NCBI GenBank assembly: GCA_965287045.1
Contig: OZ336871.1
Location: forward strand, 68,138,001 to 68,202,000
Reading direction: 5' to 3'
From: Carcharhinus amblyrhynchos
Lineage: Eukaryota
DNA: 64,000 nucleotides
Under the pieces are notes generated by a model. That model was not told the DNA's origin. It made no database searches and saw only the letters and a list, made by a program, of their open reading frames with translations. The position numbers were made by a program, and so were the translations under genes. This document shows, one piece after another, positions 1 to 12,004 of the stretch. The stretch's first letter is position 1; every line of letters begins with the position of its first letter.

Positions 1-49
1 TTATAGCATCATGTTCACAACTTACCGGTGCATTGCTAGTGGAGCAGTA

Positions 50-335
50 GGATGGCACAGTGGTTAGCACTGCTGCCTCACCGTGCCAAGGACCCGAGTT
101 CAAGTCAGGCCTCGAGTCACTTGTCTGAGCGAAGTTTGCACGCTGTCGTGGGTTTCCTTTGGGTGCTCTGGTTTTCTCCTACCGTCCAAAGATGTCGAGG
201 CTAGATAGGTTAGACATACTAAATTGTCCCCTAGTGTCCCAAAATGTGTGGGTTAGGAGGATCAATAGGGTAAATACATGGGGATAACAGAAAAGATCGT
301 GGGAGACTCGATGGGCTAAATGGCCTTCTGTAATT
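50..335 (+). mobile_element. tRNA-derived SINE (HE1/V-SINE-like), CR1-type tail
   Basis: A box TGGCACAGTGG, B-box-like GAGTTCAAGTC, core GTGGGTTTCC...TCCAAAGATG, tail GACTCGATGGGCTAAATGGCC. Confidence 0.85.
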
Positions 336-449
336 CAATGTAGATTAGTGAGCGCAGGGATGATGGAGAAATGGGACTTGCTGCAAGTTAAGGCATAAGC
401 AGCAGAGTTTTAGGTCACCTCTAATTTACAGAGGATAGAAATGTGACTG

Positions 450-598
450 AAAGATGCGCGGGTGAGGTGGATCGGTCATGCAAAATTAGCAGACAGATAT
501 GTTGGTTTACGGAATAGGTCTTTGGTGGGATTGTTGTCGGTGCAGACTCGATGGGCTGAATAGCCTCCTTCTGCACTGTAGAAATTCTATAATTTCTA
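450..598 (+). mobile_element. 3' half of the same SINE family
   Basis: AAAGATGCGCGGGTGAGGTGGAT...GACTCGATGGGCTGAATAGCCTCCTTCTGCACTGTAG...TTCTA. Confidence 0.75.
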
Positions 599-3500
599 GT
601 GCGTTATTAACTTTAGAAATCTGAAACAACATCGTTTGATCACTCAAATTGAACATTGCTTCAATGTTGTGTTAGGATGGGATGACACTGACGTTTGTCA
701 GGAGGTGCCAGGCTGGCGATTGCCCCATTTGAAATTTCGTTTTTAACTGTGTCAAAGCCCAGTGTAGCAGTGTGATGCATCCACAACCAGTCCCAAACTT
801 ACTTGACATCAGTAACCAAGTAAAAGTTGCTTTGCATTGCACGTGTATTTTCCAAGTAGGTTGCAAACTTCCCAAGTTGGTGAAATTGCCTCCGCACTTG
901 TAAAGTCGATTGAGTCCATCTGGAATATCAGGTGTAAACAGAAGCCGATTTTAATCCTAACACAAGAGCGCCTCCTGCAGCACCAGTGCGGCACTTTTAT
1001 TCCTGCGCCAGTGCCGAGGTTCCCACTGCCAAAGGGAGGTTTCCGGTCCAGCAGTTTGGATGGAGTCAAATCTTGGTTAAACAAGCTGTATTCAAACATA
1101 TGTCAAGAGGTTGTCACAGCACAGGCTGGAGCGGGGGGATTAAAACCGAAAGGAGGAAGTGAATAACAGGTGAAGGTACAAAACTGACCCACAGGAAGAG
1201 ACCAATAGGGCTATCTGCTCTGTTTTAATTTTTTTCATGTAGACGTTGTAGACGTTGCCGGCAAGGCCAGCCTTTCTTGTCTTTGAACTGGATGGCTTAC
1301 TGGATTTGTGGTCAAGTCCCACAATATTTTTTTTAAAAATTAGAATGGAAAGTTAGTCTCAGTAATGGTGGCTGTAAAACTATCACCAATTGTTGTTAAA
1401 AACCCATTTAGGGAAGCGAATCTCTGTATAATTCATATCAACTAGGCGCCATATGTTCTTTTACGAGAGATAAAGGAAAATAAATCAATTAGAGTCGAAA
1501 CAACTCCAGGATGTTCCCTTTGACTCCCTTGGAAACTGAAGTTGACGTCGCATTATCCACAACTACTGTGGGAGAGATAATGGGAGTAACCAATATTACC
1601 AAACTCTGGGTCGTGTGATCTCCCCTGTGGATCTCAGCCACGCCTTAATTCGATTTCCATTTTTTAACTGAGTTGAACTTCGGCCCGTGGAATGATATTG
1701 ACGCTACCAATTTAATGGTGGTGAGGGCAATATAGAGTTGCGGGGGACTAGCAGATGTTGATCAATGCAGGTACATTTGAACCAGTTATTTTGGATAAAG
1801 CGAAAAATATAACAGAGATGATCTAAGAGATCTAAGAGTGAAGGCAAAACGAGGGAGAAATTGATATGCAAATTACTAGGGCCAGGGCAACGTGACATTT
1901 GCCCGGCGAGCGCAAGCAACATTGACTCTTTAGGGAAATCGGCGTCGTTTGCGCAGCCCCGCTCCCATGGTTATCGCAGGCTTTTGTAACTTTGACGAGA
2001 AAGTGGTGAATTAGCCAGGAGTATAGCGTAAATTACTAATTTCAGCTATTTGTACCATTTCTCCAAGGATTCTGCTGGTGCCGTGCCAAATTTATAGTGG
2101 GAAACTGGGTGAAATTTGCATGAATTTTCAGGACCAGCCATTTTTAACGGTCAGAGCGCAGGTAGAAACATTTTTAAAAAAAAGATTCTGGTAATTGTAG
2201 AAGCTTCGAATTGTAAGGAGGCAGTGCTGAATTCATCAAGACATGGGTAAGGCTATAGTTGGAAAACTGATTGCAATTCTGGATACTCTTCGAGGAAGAG
2301 ACACAAGATACAGCGAAGATTTGAATAAATTATATAAGGAATGCAAGTTATGTATAAAAACTTTTCAGATAGCAAAGAATCACAGAACCTTTACAATGGA
2401 GAAAGTGGCCATTCGGCCCACCCAGTCTGTACTGGCTCTCTGAAAGAGCATTCTACCTAATCCCACATCTCTCCCTAAACCTCTTTTCAAATAGCACTTG
2501 AAAATTGGAACAGTTAAGTTTTCATAATTTGAATAGATAAATAGTCAAACGCTATTGGTATGAGAGAGCCAAAGGCTCGACGTTATTATTCAAAGAAAAA
2601 AGTAGACGTTTCTTTTCCATTCTGGAAGTAATTCGAACATGTGAATATTTGTGGTAAAATATTTCAAGGCAGTGATCTAAGGCGGATAGTGCACTCTCAA
2701 CCCAGTAATTGCAGACCAAAGAGACATAGACCCAGGTGACTTAATTACAAGAAAACAAGCACCTCAGAAAGAAAAACACATTTTAAAATTTGGGCCTCTC
2801 CTTTGGGCCCATTGCAAGTGACAAGTGGTGTGGGTTCAAAACGCTGCTCCAGCATTCCTTTCATTTTATGAGGCTTCAGTCTGATTGGAATAGTTTTCAT
2901 AGTCTTAATTGACCAAGTGCAAAATTATGTGAAAGTTCCTGGTGCACATGGTGACCCCTGATCGAATCGGTCTAAACTGATTGGATTGGCATGGAGTGGG
3001 TCACAAGTATGCATCACTGGTTACCTGTCAGTACTGACAGCTGAAGTGTTGTCGCGTCTGAAGACATTGCATTGAATTATTTGCCTAAATACCATCATTT
3101 AAAGTGGGATTAGATAATATTTCAAACAAAAGAACATACAAATAGTTGGGGGAAAGAACAGGAAAAAATGGATTACATACACAGAACTCAAGTTAAAAAG
3201 CCTAGAACTAGCATAGCCAACATAGATTGAGAGGCTTGTTTCTATGCTGCAATTTTTACAATTCTATTTGTTAGTAAACCACACTGCACATTCATTGCAT
3301 AGCATGCTTTAAGTGAATAATACAGCACAGGAAGATATGATTTGCTCTTTGAGTTTATGGTTCTTTGGACCAGTTACCCAGTGGGACCCAATTCTTTATT
3401 TCTTTTTACCCTATATCATTCAACATTATTGATTTTCAATTATAAATCCACTTTTTAAAAAATATTTTGGATGTGCTTTCATTACTGTTGCTGCAGACAT

Positions 3501-4309
3501 GTCTAAAAAAAACTTCCAATATTTTCCTTTAATCTTTCAATGACAATCATAAAATATTGTTCTTGCATTATGACTTTTTGACCAATAGAGATCCTTCCTC
3601 TGATCAAAGCTTTACGTAACTTAATAATTCAACTACTTGTCTTTCTATGTTCCAATGCAATGAATCCTAATTGCTGCAATTACAGATTATATTTCTTTAC
3701 ATTAATCTTTTCTGATTACTCTCATTCATTCATCCCTTCCTTTTTCCTTCAGTAAAAATGTGGCAAATGATAATGCTTCAGTTTTTTGGCACAATTTCCA
3801 TATCCAGCAACATTCGAAAGACTGTGGCCAGGGCCTCTGCTATTTCCTCTCTGACATACACCAGCATTCTAGCAGCATGCTATAAATGTATCATAGTTCA
3901 TGATTATGCTACCAAACTGTCAACCCAAGGTCTTGATTTGAAATCCTATCACTGCAATTTATGGCATTCAATTTGATAAATCTATGTGTTCGTGAGCTTA
4001 TACCAGAAAAATAAGCATGGCATCTCCTTGATTGTTGCAAAGTAAAAGCTTGTTCAACAGTGTTAATAACTTTCCGAGGAAAAAACAAAAGATGAAAAAA
4101 CAATTGTTAGAACTACACGTGGAAAAAGCACCACTTTCATTGCATGTTGTAATGTTCAATTTGGAGATTGTTTTATATTATTCTATGCCAATGTGAAACC
4201 CAAATGTTGTGAATGCTCGAGAAGTTGAGAATTTAAGAATGAATTATGATAGCATTACTCAAATTTTGCCTTTCAATCTTCTTTCCTTGCTTGAAAGTAG
4301 AAATATAAA

Positions 4310-5200
4310 ATTTAGGAATATAGAAAAAGGTGTAGGCAATTTATTTGCTCAAGTCTTTCCACCATTCAGTGAAATCAGAGTTGACATCTGCTCTAACTTT
4401 ACTTCCCCACGATTTTCTCATATCCCTTAATATATTTAAGGGATATGAGAAAAATATATATTTAATTTATCATCAACAGCCTGTCCTGGTCTCCCCATGC
4501 TGACACTATAGTTAAGAAAGCCCAGCAATGCCTCTGCTTACTCAGAAGACTGAGGAAATTTGGCATGTCAGCTACAATTCACCAACTTTTACAGATGCAC
4601 CATAGAAAGCATTCTTTCTGGTTGCATCACAGCTTGGTGTAGCTCTTGCTCTGCCCAAGACCACATGGAACTACAAAAGGTCATGAATGTAGCAAACCAG
4701 CCTCCCATCCATTGATTCTGTCTACGTTTCCTGATGCCTCGGCAAAGCAGCCAGCATAATTAAGGACCCCATGCACCCTGGACATTCTCTCTTCCACATT
4801 CTTCCTTCAGGAGAAAGATACAAAAGTCTGAGGTCACGTACTAACCGACTCAAGAACAGCTTCTTCCCTGCTGCTGTCAGACTTTTGAATGGACTTACCT
4901 TGCATTAAGTTGATCTTTCTCTACATCCTAGCTATGACTGTAACATTACATTCTGCACTCCCTCATTTCCTTCTCTATGAATGGTATGTTTTGTCTGTAT
5001 AGCGCGCAAGAAGCAATACTTTTCACTGTAAGTTAATACATGTGACAATAATAAATAAAAAAATCTTGAAAATCTATCAATTTTAGCTTTTAAGTTTACA
5101 ATTGATCTCGCATAGATTGCCATTTGTGGAAGAGAGATCTAAACTTCTACTACGAATTACATGTAGCAGTGTTTCCTAATTTCACCCCTGAATATAGATT
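4310..5200 (-). mobile_element. Decayed CR1 3' fragment split by the Rex1-like insertion (4310-4430 and 5065-5200)
   Basis: The two flanks together align by eye to the contiguous CR1 tail at 9260-9510 (AAAATCTATCAAT...ACAATT...CCATTTG..GAAGAG..TCTAAACTT). Confidence 0.6.
4500..5060 (+). mobile_element. Rex1/Babar-like LINE 3' fragment
   Basis: Translates, with disruptions, to KKAQQCLCLLRRLRKFGMS...NFYRCTIESILSGCITAW...RLKNSFFPAAVRLLNG; ends TGTGACAATAATAAATAAA. Confidence 0.85.
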
Positions 5201-5856
5201 ATATTTCATTGATGCTGTTAGCCCTCCACTAGTTTGTTGAAGTGATCACTCTTCAAGTTTAAACCCAAACAGTGATTGTCAATTGACTCTGAGCACCGTC
5301 ATGACATGTCCAATCCTGATTCCATACTTATCTATATTGTCACAAATACATGCACTTCCATTCAGAGTGAATGTTCTGAGTGTTAGGAATCTGAAACAGA
5401 TACGGAAAATGCTGGAAATACTCAACAGGAACAGCAGTCTTCCTAGAGAGAGAAAAAGAAACAATGCATCAGGTCAATGACCCTTCATGGGAACTGCTGT
5501 TTTGTTTAGCTGAGAAAGACCATTGCTTCTTTTACTTCAATTCAATATGAAGTTTTATTGCTCCATGGTGATGTCAAAATTCATGTAGTCCAAGATTTTA
5601 TACCATAATTCAAGACAAAGCACAAGAATACTAAATATTGTAAAATAAAATACGCTACCTGAAGAAAAGATGATCAAACTATGTAAATCCTTATTCTGTT
5701 TCACATTTTGTAAAGGTGGTGACATTTCATTCTCTTAACTTGAATTGTTGTTTGGAAGTATATTTAGAAAATATATTCACTGAATAAACTCATATTTTAG
5801 AATGGCATTTGCACTGTTTTCAGCTGGATTGAACCACAATTGCAGAAGAACACAAT

Positions 5857-6210
5857 GCACGGTGGCATAGTGATTGGCACTGCTGTCCCACAGCAACAGG
5901 GAGCCGGATTCACTTCTGGCCTTGGATGACTCTGTGTGGAGTTTGCACATTCTCTACATGTCTGCATGGGTTTCCACTGGCTGCTCTAGCTTTCTCCCAC
6001 AGTTCAAAGATATGTACATTAGGTGGATTGGTCATGGTTAGTTGTTTCTTAGTGTCCCATAGTATGTAGGTTAGTGGGATTAGCCATGATAAGTGCGTAG
6101 GGTTACAGGATAGTGCGGGGGAGAAGACCTGAGTAAGATACTCTGTTATACAGTTGGTGCAGAGCTGATGAGCTGAATGGCCTCTTGCTGCAATGTATGG
6201 ATTTCTTTGA
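5857..6210 (+). mobile_element. tRNA-derived V-SINE-like element, CR1-type tail
   Basis: Same head, core (TGTGTGGAGTTTGCACATTCTC) and tail as the other copies. Confidence 0.85.
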
Positions 6211-6369
6211 TTGTTATACTCCTGTTTTAATGGGAAAAAATATTACAGTTTGTTCTTGGATTGGGCAGGGTACAATATATAGATTCAAGGGATGCAGTTT
6301 CTACATCACTCGTGATGATGCCCACATTTTTAAATATGTTGCCCATCCCTACTTCCCCTGACAAGATGG

Positions 6370-6657
6370 TTAAAGTTTCAACTTTATTTATTAGTATCAC
6401 GTGTAGGCTTACATTAACACTGCAATTAAGTTATTGGAAAAATACCCAAGTCGCCACATTCCGGCACCTGTTCAGGTACACTGAGGGAGAGTTTAGCATG
6501 GCCAATATTACCTAACTGTGGGAGGAAACTGGAGGGAACTCACACAGACATGGAGAGAACATGCAGGCTCTGCACAGATAGTGACCCAAGCCAGGAATTG
6601 AACCCCGGTCCCTGGTGCTGTGAGGCAGCAATGCTAACCACTGTACCAACATGCCGT
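6370..6657 (-). mobile_element. tRNA-derived V-SINE-like element with the alternative (Rex1-like) tail
   Basis: Head with B box GGTTCAATTCC and core on the minus strand; tail ...CAGTGTTAATGTAAGCCTACACGTGATACTAATAAATAAAG. Confidence 0.85.
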
Positions 6658-6659
6658 GA

Positions 6660-6945
6660 GGTGCCTTCTTGAATACAACTGCATGACTTGCCAGATAATT
6701 TCAAATGATAATTAAGAGTCCACTATATTGTATGGGTCTGGAGTCCCATGTACTGAGTGAGGAGAACAGATTTCCTTTCCTAAAGAATATTAGTGAACCA
6801 GATGAGTTGCTAGAATCACATAGTTTCATTGTCACCATTACTTACACTAGATTTTTGTTCCAGATTAAATTCATCTTCCCCAGCTACTACATTGAGATTT
6901 GAACTCTATCACTAGATCATTAGTCCACTCTCTGAATCACTATGG
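6660..6945 (-). mobile_element. SINE family B (distinct body), decayed
   Basis: Matches copies at 24530-24880, 41480-41800 and 49530-49870 (TTAAGAGTC.AC..ATTG...GTCTGGAGTC.CAT, TTTCCTT.CCTAAAG..ATTAGTGAACCAGATG). Confidence 0.7.
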
Positions 6946-7188
6946 TACTGTATCTTTTCACTGCTGAATGGTCTAGTCACATCACACATAGTCTATCAAT
7001 CATATCCTTTGCACTTTCATGAAAAATTATCAACTTGTTAGGCAGAAATTTCTTGATAAACACAATTTTATTAATATAATTATTCTGTTTTTCTTTTCTC
7101 ATTTTCAGCAACAATTTGTCTGTACACCCCCACCCCCATTTTCCTCTTCAACTCTAGCATTTGACTTGTTGGTAACAAGTTCCAAGAT

Positions 7189-7525
7189 GGGTGGCACAGT
7201 AGCACAATGGTTAGCACTGCTGCTTCACAGCTCCAGGAACCTGGGTTCGATTCCTGGCTTGGGTTACTGTCTGTGTGGAATTTGCACATTCTCCTCATGT
7301 CTGCGTGGGTTTCCTCCGAGTGTTCCGGTTTCCTCCCACAGTCCAAAGATGTGCAGGTGAGGTTGCTTGACCATGCTAAAAGTGCCCCTTAGTGTCCTGA
7401 GATGTGTGGGTTAGAGGGATTAGTGGATAAATATGTGGGGGTAGGACCTGGGTGGAATTGTGGTCGGTGCAGACTCAATGGGCAAAATGGCCTCTTTCTG
7501 CACTGCAGGGCTTATATGGCTTCTA
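7189..7525 (+). mobile_element. tRNA-derived V-SINE-like element, CR1-type tail
   Basis: B box GGGTTCGATTCC, full core and tail. Confidence 0.9.
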
Positions 7526-7639
7526 AGAGCTAGTCACCCTTTGGTTCTTCTTCCAGATGGCCATCATTCATGTTTCCTTAACATTGCGCATCAGAAAGTC
7601 ATTTGACTACAGGGCATTTTACAAATAGTGGTTAGTACT

Positions 7640-7978
7640 GGGGTAGCATAGTGGCACAGTGGTTAGCACTGCTGCCTCACAACGCCAGGAAACTTGATTC
7701 AATTCCTGGCTTGGGTCACTGGCTTTGTGGAGCTTGCACATTCTCCACGTGTCTGTGTGGGTTTCCTCTGGGTGCTTCAATTTCCTCCTACAGTCCAAAG
7801 ATTGCGGGTTAGGTTGATTGGCCATATTAAATTGCACCTTAGTGTCAGGGGGACTAGCTTGAGTAAATGCATGGGGTTACAGGGATAGGGCCTGGGTGGG
7901 ACTGTGGTCTGTGCAGACTTGATGCACCAAATGGCTTCCTTCTGCACTGTAGGATTCTATAAATGAGCATGATTCTAT
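7640..7978 (+). mobile_element. tRNA-derived V-SINE-like element, CR1-type tail
   Basis: A box TGGCACAGTGG, core, tail CCTTCTGCACTGTAGGATTCTAT. Confidence 0.9.
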
Positions 7979-9259
7979 CCTCACCTAGCATCCACATGTA
8001 AACTTCCGGAAAGGGTAAATTGGATAAAGATCAGAATAAAGAAGCTGAAACAATCATTCCCCCTATAATATAGAAATGCTATGACCATTGTTAGTCTCCA
8101 TACTGCTACTTTAGGTAAGATCAGACAAGTCTTTCAGCACTTCCCCATTTTCTTTCAAAATTTTTCATGCACCAACTGTGTGCATATTAATTTGCTCTTA
8201 TTTTCTCCCTCCCTCATCTCACTGGTCATTTTTAATATCAGTTGATAATCATTTCATGATAGAATTTGCAAATATTTTGATTAATTATCTCCCTTTTTGC
8301 ACTTGAAACATGCACTTCACCATTCTGTTTTTCCAATCTTATTAACATACCAATTTGCCTTTTAGCGATAGTCTGTCTTTTATTTTGACAGGTGATATCT
8401 TACCTGCTATGTAATTTTAGTTAAGATTTCCAACATCCATAGCTTTTTTTGCTTTTTACAAAGGTAAAGCCTAAATTTTACTTTACATGTTTGTAAATGT
8501 TTATTAATTAACCTTCAACATGTATGAGGGATTTACGGTATATGTTTGATTTTCACATGTATTTAACATGTGTCAGTTGTTTACCAAGGTTAACGGTGCA
8601 GCGATAGGTAAAGGAATGTTTAATCTGTGTCTATGTATCAATCTTCACTTTCAGGAGCTATAGGTGAAGAATGTCAGTTCCTTTGCAGAGCGCCACCTAA
8701 TGCTCCAAATAGACATTCCAATTGTATATTTGTGTTCTGTCTGTGAACTCTGAGGCCAATAGTGCTGCAACATAGTTTGGGACATTTACTGGGGCAGCTG
8801 GAAGGCAGGAAGAAACCTTTATCTCCTCTCTTTCTGTCTCTGGGATAGTTTTCAAATCTAGTCATAAAACTGAAGGATATCATTCCAATATGTAACAGCA
8901 GACTATTTGCTATGATCCTATCACACCATTCTTGCTTTATTTTAACTTACTACTTTGTATAGTAAGAAATTATGAAATCCCAATGTGATAAAATACCATT
9001 GTTTCTTTTCCCTGTTTTGCCAAAACAAAGTATGCCTATCTTCTGCTCGTGCAAATAAGTTTTGGTACGCATGGATGAATAAAAGTCAGAAAAACTCAAA
9101 CGTTCGGTCACTTATTTATGGGATGCAAAACCAAGAACATGAGACAATGTACAAGACACGGAAGTAGTCTCATGCCACATAAGAGATTGTGCTGAGTGCT
9201 GTAAAACTTCAGCCTGCTGCAAAGCCATGTTGTACAATTACCCAAATGATTTATTCATA

Positions 9260-11420
9260 AGAACATAGAAACATGAACAAGCCACTTGGCCCATCCACTC
9301 TGTTCTGGCACTTACTGAGATCATGATTGAACTATGATCTAAATTCTTATATCCACCTTTGCTCACGTCCTTGTAAACCTTTGGTAACAAAAATCTATCA
9401 ATCTCAAATTTAAAATTAACAATTAACCTACCATCAATTACTATTTGCAGAGAATTCCAAACTTATCCCATCTTTTGTATGTAAAAATGTTTTTTAATTA
9501 CAATCCCAAAAAGTCTATTTTAGACAATGTCCCTCATCCCCCTTACAAGTGGAATTAGTTTATGTCGACCCAATCTGTTCCCCTTAATATCCTGAAAACT
9601 TTGATCAATTCATCTATCAATTTTATAAATTCCAGGGAATACAACACAAGTATGTATAATTTCCCCTCCTAATTTAGCCTTTGAAATGTAGCTATCATTT
9701 GATAAATCCAATTCCCTCCATGGCCAATACATCTTTCTGAGGTGTGGTGTTCAGAGTGCTCACAGATGTGGTCTAGCCAGAGTTTTGTTTAGCTGTAATA
9801 AAATTAACCTCTTGTTCTCTAGTCCTGTAGACTTAAAGACTAGCATTCCATGAAAATAAAAGCAAAATACCATGGATGCTGGAAATCTGAAATAAAAGCA
9901 GAAAATGTTGGAAATCTCAACAGGTCTGGCAACATTTGTGCAGAGAGAAATAGAGCTAATGCTTTGAGTCTGTGAAAAATCAAAGGAACTTGAAAAGTAA
10001 ACTCTGAAGGAGAATCATACAGACTCAAAATGTTAATGCTGTTTCATTCTCCACAGATGCTGTCAGACCTGATGAGTTTTCCAGAACTTCCTGTTTTTAT
10101 TCCAGCATTCCGCTGGTCTTCTTTATTATTTTCTGCACTGATCCATAATATTTTAAATCTCTATATAAATGGACCCTGAGGTCAATTTGGATTTCCAATG
10201 GTTCTAGCTTTTCACTAACTAGAAATACTCTTCCATCTTTTTCTGGTCAAAGTAGATGACCTCACATTTTGCCTACAATGAACTTCAGTTTTACCCATTT
10301 GCTTTATTAATTAACATCGCTTTGTAAATTTACACTGTCACTTCCATAGCTCACAATATCACCTATATTTGTGTCTTCAGCAAATTTGAATATGTGACTG
10401 TTTATCCTATTACTACCTAAGTCATTAATAAATATGATGGATAGTTGAGAATCCAGCAGAGGTCTTTGCAAGACACCACTAGCCACATCTTGGCAATTAG
10501 AGCACCTTATCTCTAGTTTCTGTTTCCTGTCAAACAATTTCCAAAAAAAGTCAATAATTTTCTTCAATTCCATGAAGTTCAGCTTTGGTAATAATTTCTT
10601 ATGAGGGGCTTTATCAGATATCTTCTGGAAATCCATATAAATAACATCCATAGACATTTCCTCATCCAGTACTTTAGTCACCTCTTCACAAAATTCAACT
10701 ATGTTCTTCAGGCTGGACAGAGTTTTGACAAATTCACACTGGCGCTCTCTGATCAGCTAAAAATTTAAGGTGCTCTGTCACACTATCTTTAATCATATAT
10801 TCTAATTTCTTGACAACAGACATTGGTCAAACAAGCCTAGACTTCCATGGTTTCCCTCTATCACCTTTCTTGAACAACATGCTCAGTTTTCCAATCAAAA
10901 GGAATGCTTCTCAATCAAGATTATAGTTAGGGCATCCACAACGTTCTCAATTACTTCCCTTAAATCCTTGGGATGGAAACAATCAGGTCCTGGTGAGCTG
11001 TTGCTCTTAATTTTTTTCTTCTTTCCTGTTCTTTTGTTAATGTTAATTTTGGTGAATCGTTGTCCCCTTTCAATATTAGTTTTCTTGGATGTCCAATATG
11101 CTATCTTCTTACTCTACAGTAAATATTGACTCAAGCGAAGTACTCAACAATTCCCACCAGTTCTTTATTTTCATTTAAAACATCAATTGATCAGTTTTTA
11201 AGAGATCTCATTGTTCCTGATTATCCACTTTTTCTTACTATAATTTTAAAAGTATTTTTATTGATTTTAAAATCCTGTGTTTCTTTTCATAATCCCTTTT
11301 AAAGCATCTACGACCAGTTTTGTATATCTCTCAGTTTCCAAATCTGTGCCAGTTTGTGCATTTTTGCATGTTATTGTCTTTAAAAGTTTTATGATGCCCC
11401 TTTACCTCTTTAGGACTGGA
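9260..11420 (-). mobile_element. Old decayed CR1 LINE (ORF2 remnant and tail), interrupted at 9850-10110
   Basis: ORF 10307-10681 carries degenerate RT motifs (DVIYMDFQK..DK.PH, SGVLQ, IFINDL, KFAEDT); CR1-type tail at 9260-9350. Confidence 0.85.
9850..10110. repeat. Inverted pair of Penelope-like terminal-repeat fragments (fold-back)
   Basis: 9870-9975 (GATGCTGGAAATCTGAAAT...CAGGTCTGGCAACATTTGTG...TTGAGTCTGT) is the approximate reverse complement of 10015-10110. Confidence 0.75.
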
Positions 11421-11985
11421 ATTTCCCCGCCTGTAGTTTACAGATGGTAGAAATGTGAGTGACCAGACAGGAGTGCATTGGAATATTCAAGGGTAGAGGA
11501 AATAAAGGAATGAATGAGAGTTTCAGCAGCAGATAGCTTTTGCACCCTCTAGTTTTACAACTGGCTGAGTTCTTGGCAGTCTCATTCGTGGATTACAGGC
11601 GTGAATAAGAGTCATTAGGACAGCCAGACAGAATTGGACTAGAAAAGTTAGCTCTCTTTCACTTCCAATGTCACGTTTCTCTTTAAGACTTTTTTTTCTA
11701 GGAAATTCCGCCCTCTGTCGCTCACAGTTGGTTGGTGCAATTAGTGAACGATTAAAACTTCAACTTTATGCATTTGAAATTTTGAGTTAGTGGTGCTTAA
11801 ACTTGCTAAAAATTGAGCCGTTTGAACTGCTGGCGGGACATATTCATAGACGGAGCTTTGTTACACTCCCTTTTTGGAAAGTTAAAGAGAAAATTGATTC
11901 CTATTGCAACTCTCCAGGATATTTTTTAGACAGAAGCCGATGCAGTTACCCCGGTTACTATTAATCGATACTGTTATGTGGAGCC

Positions 11986-12004
11986 GGGGGGGGGGGGGGG
12001 GGGG
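11986..12004 (+). repeat. G19 homopolymer about 2 kb upstream of twist1
   Basis: Read directly from the sequence. Confidence 0.9.

Noticed and set aside
50-130. tRNA genes at SINE heads
   Set aside because: A and B boxes are present, but there is no complete cloverleaf and each continues into SINE core sequence.
7019-7888. Recurrent ORFs such as GGTVAQWLALL and CGRKPEH (also at 25313, 33150, 37885-38302, 53853-54402)
   Set aside because: Translations of SINE sequence, not genes.
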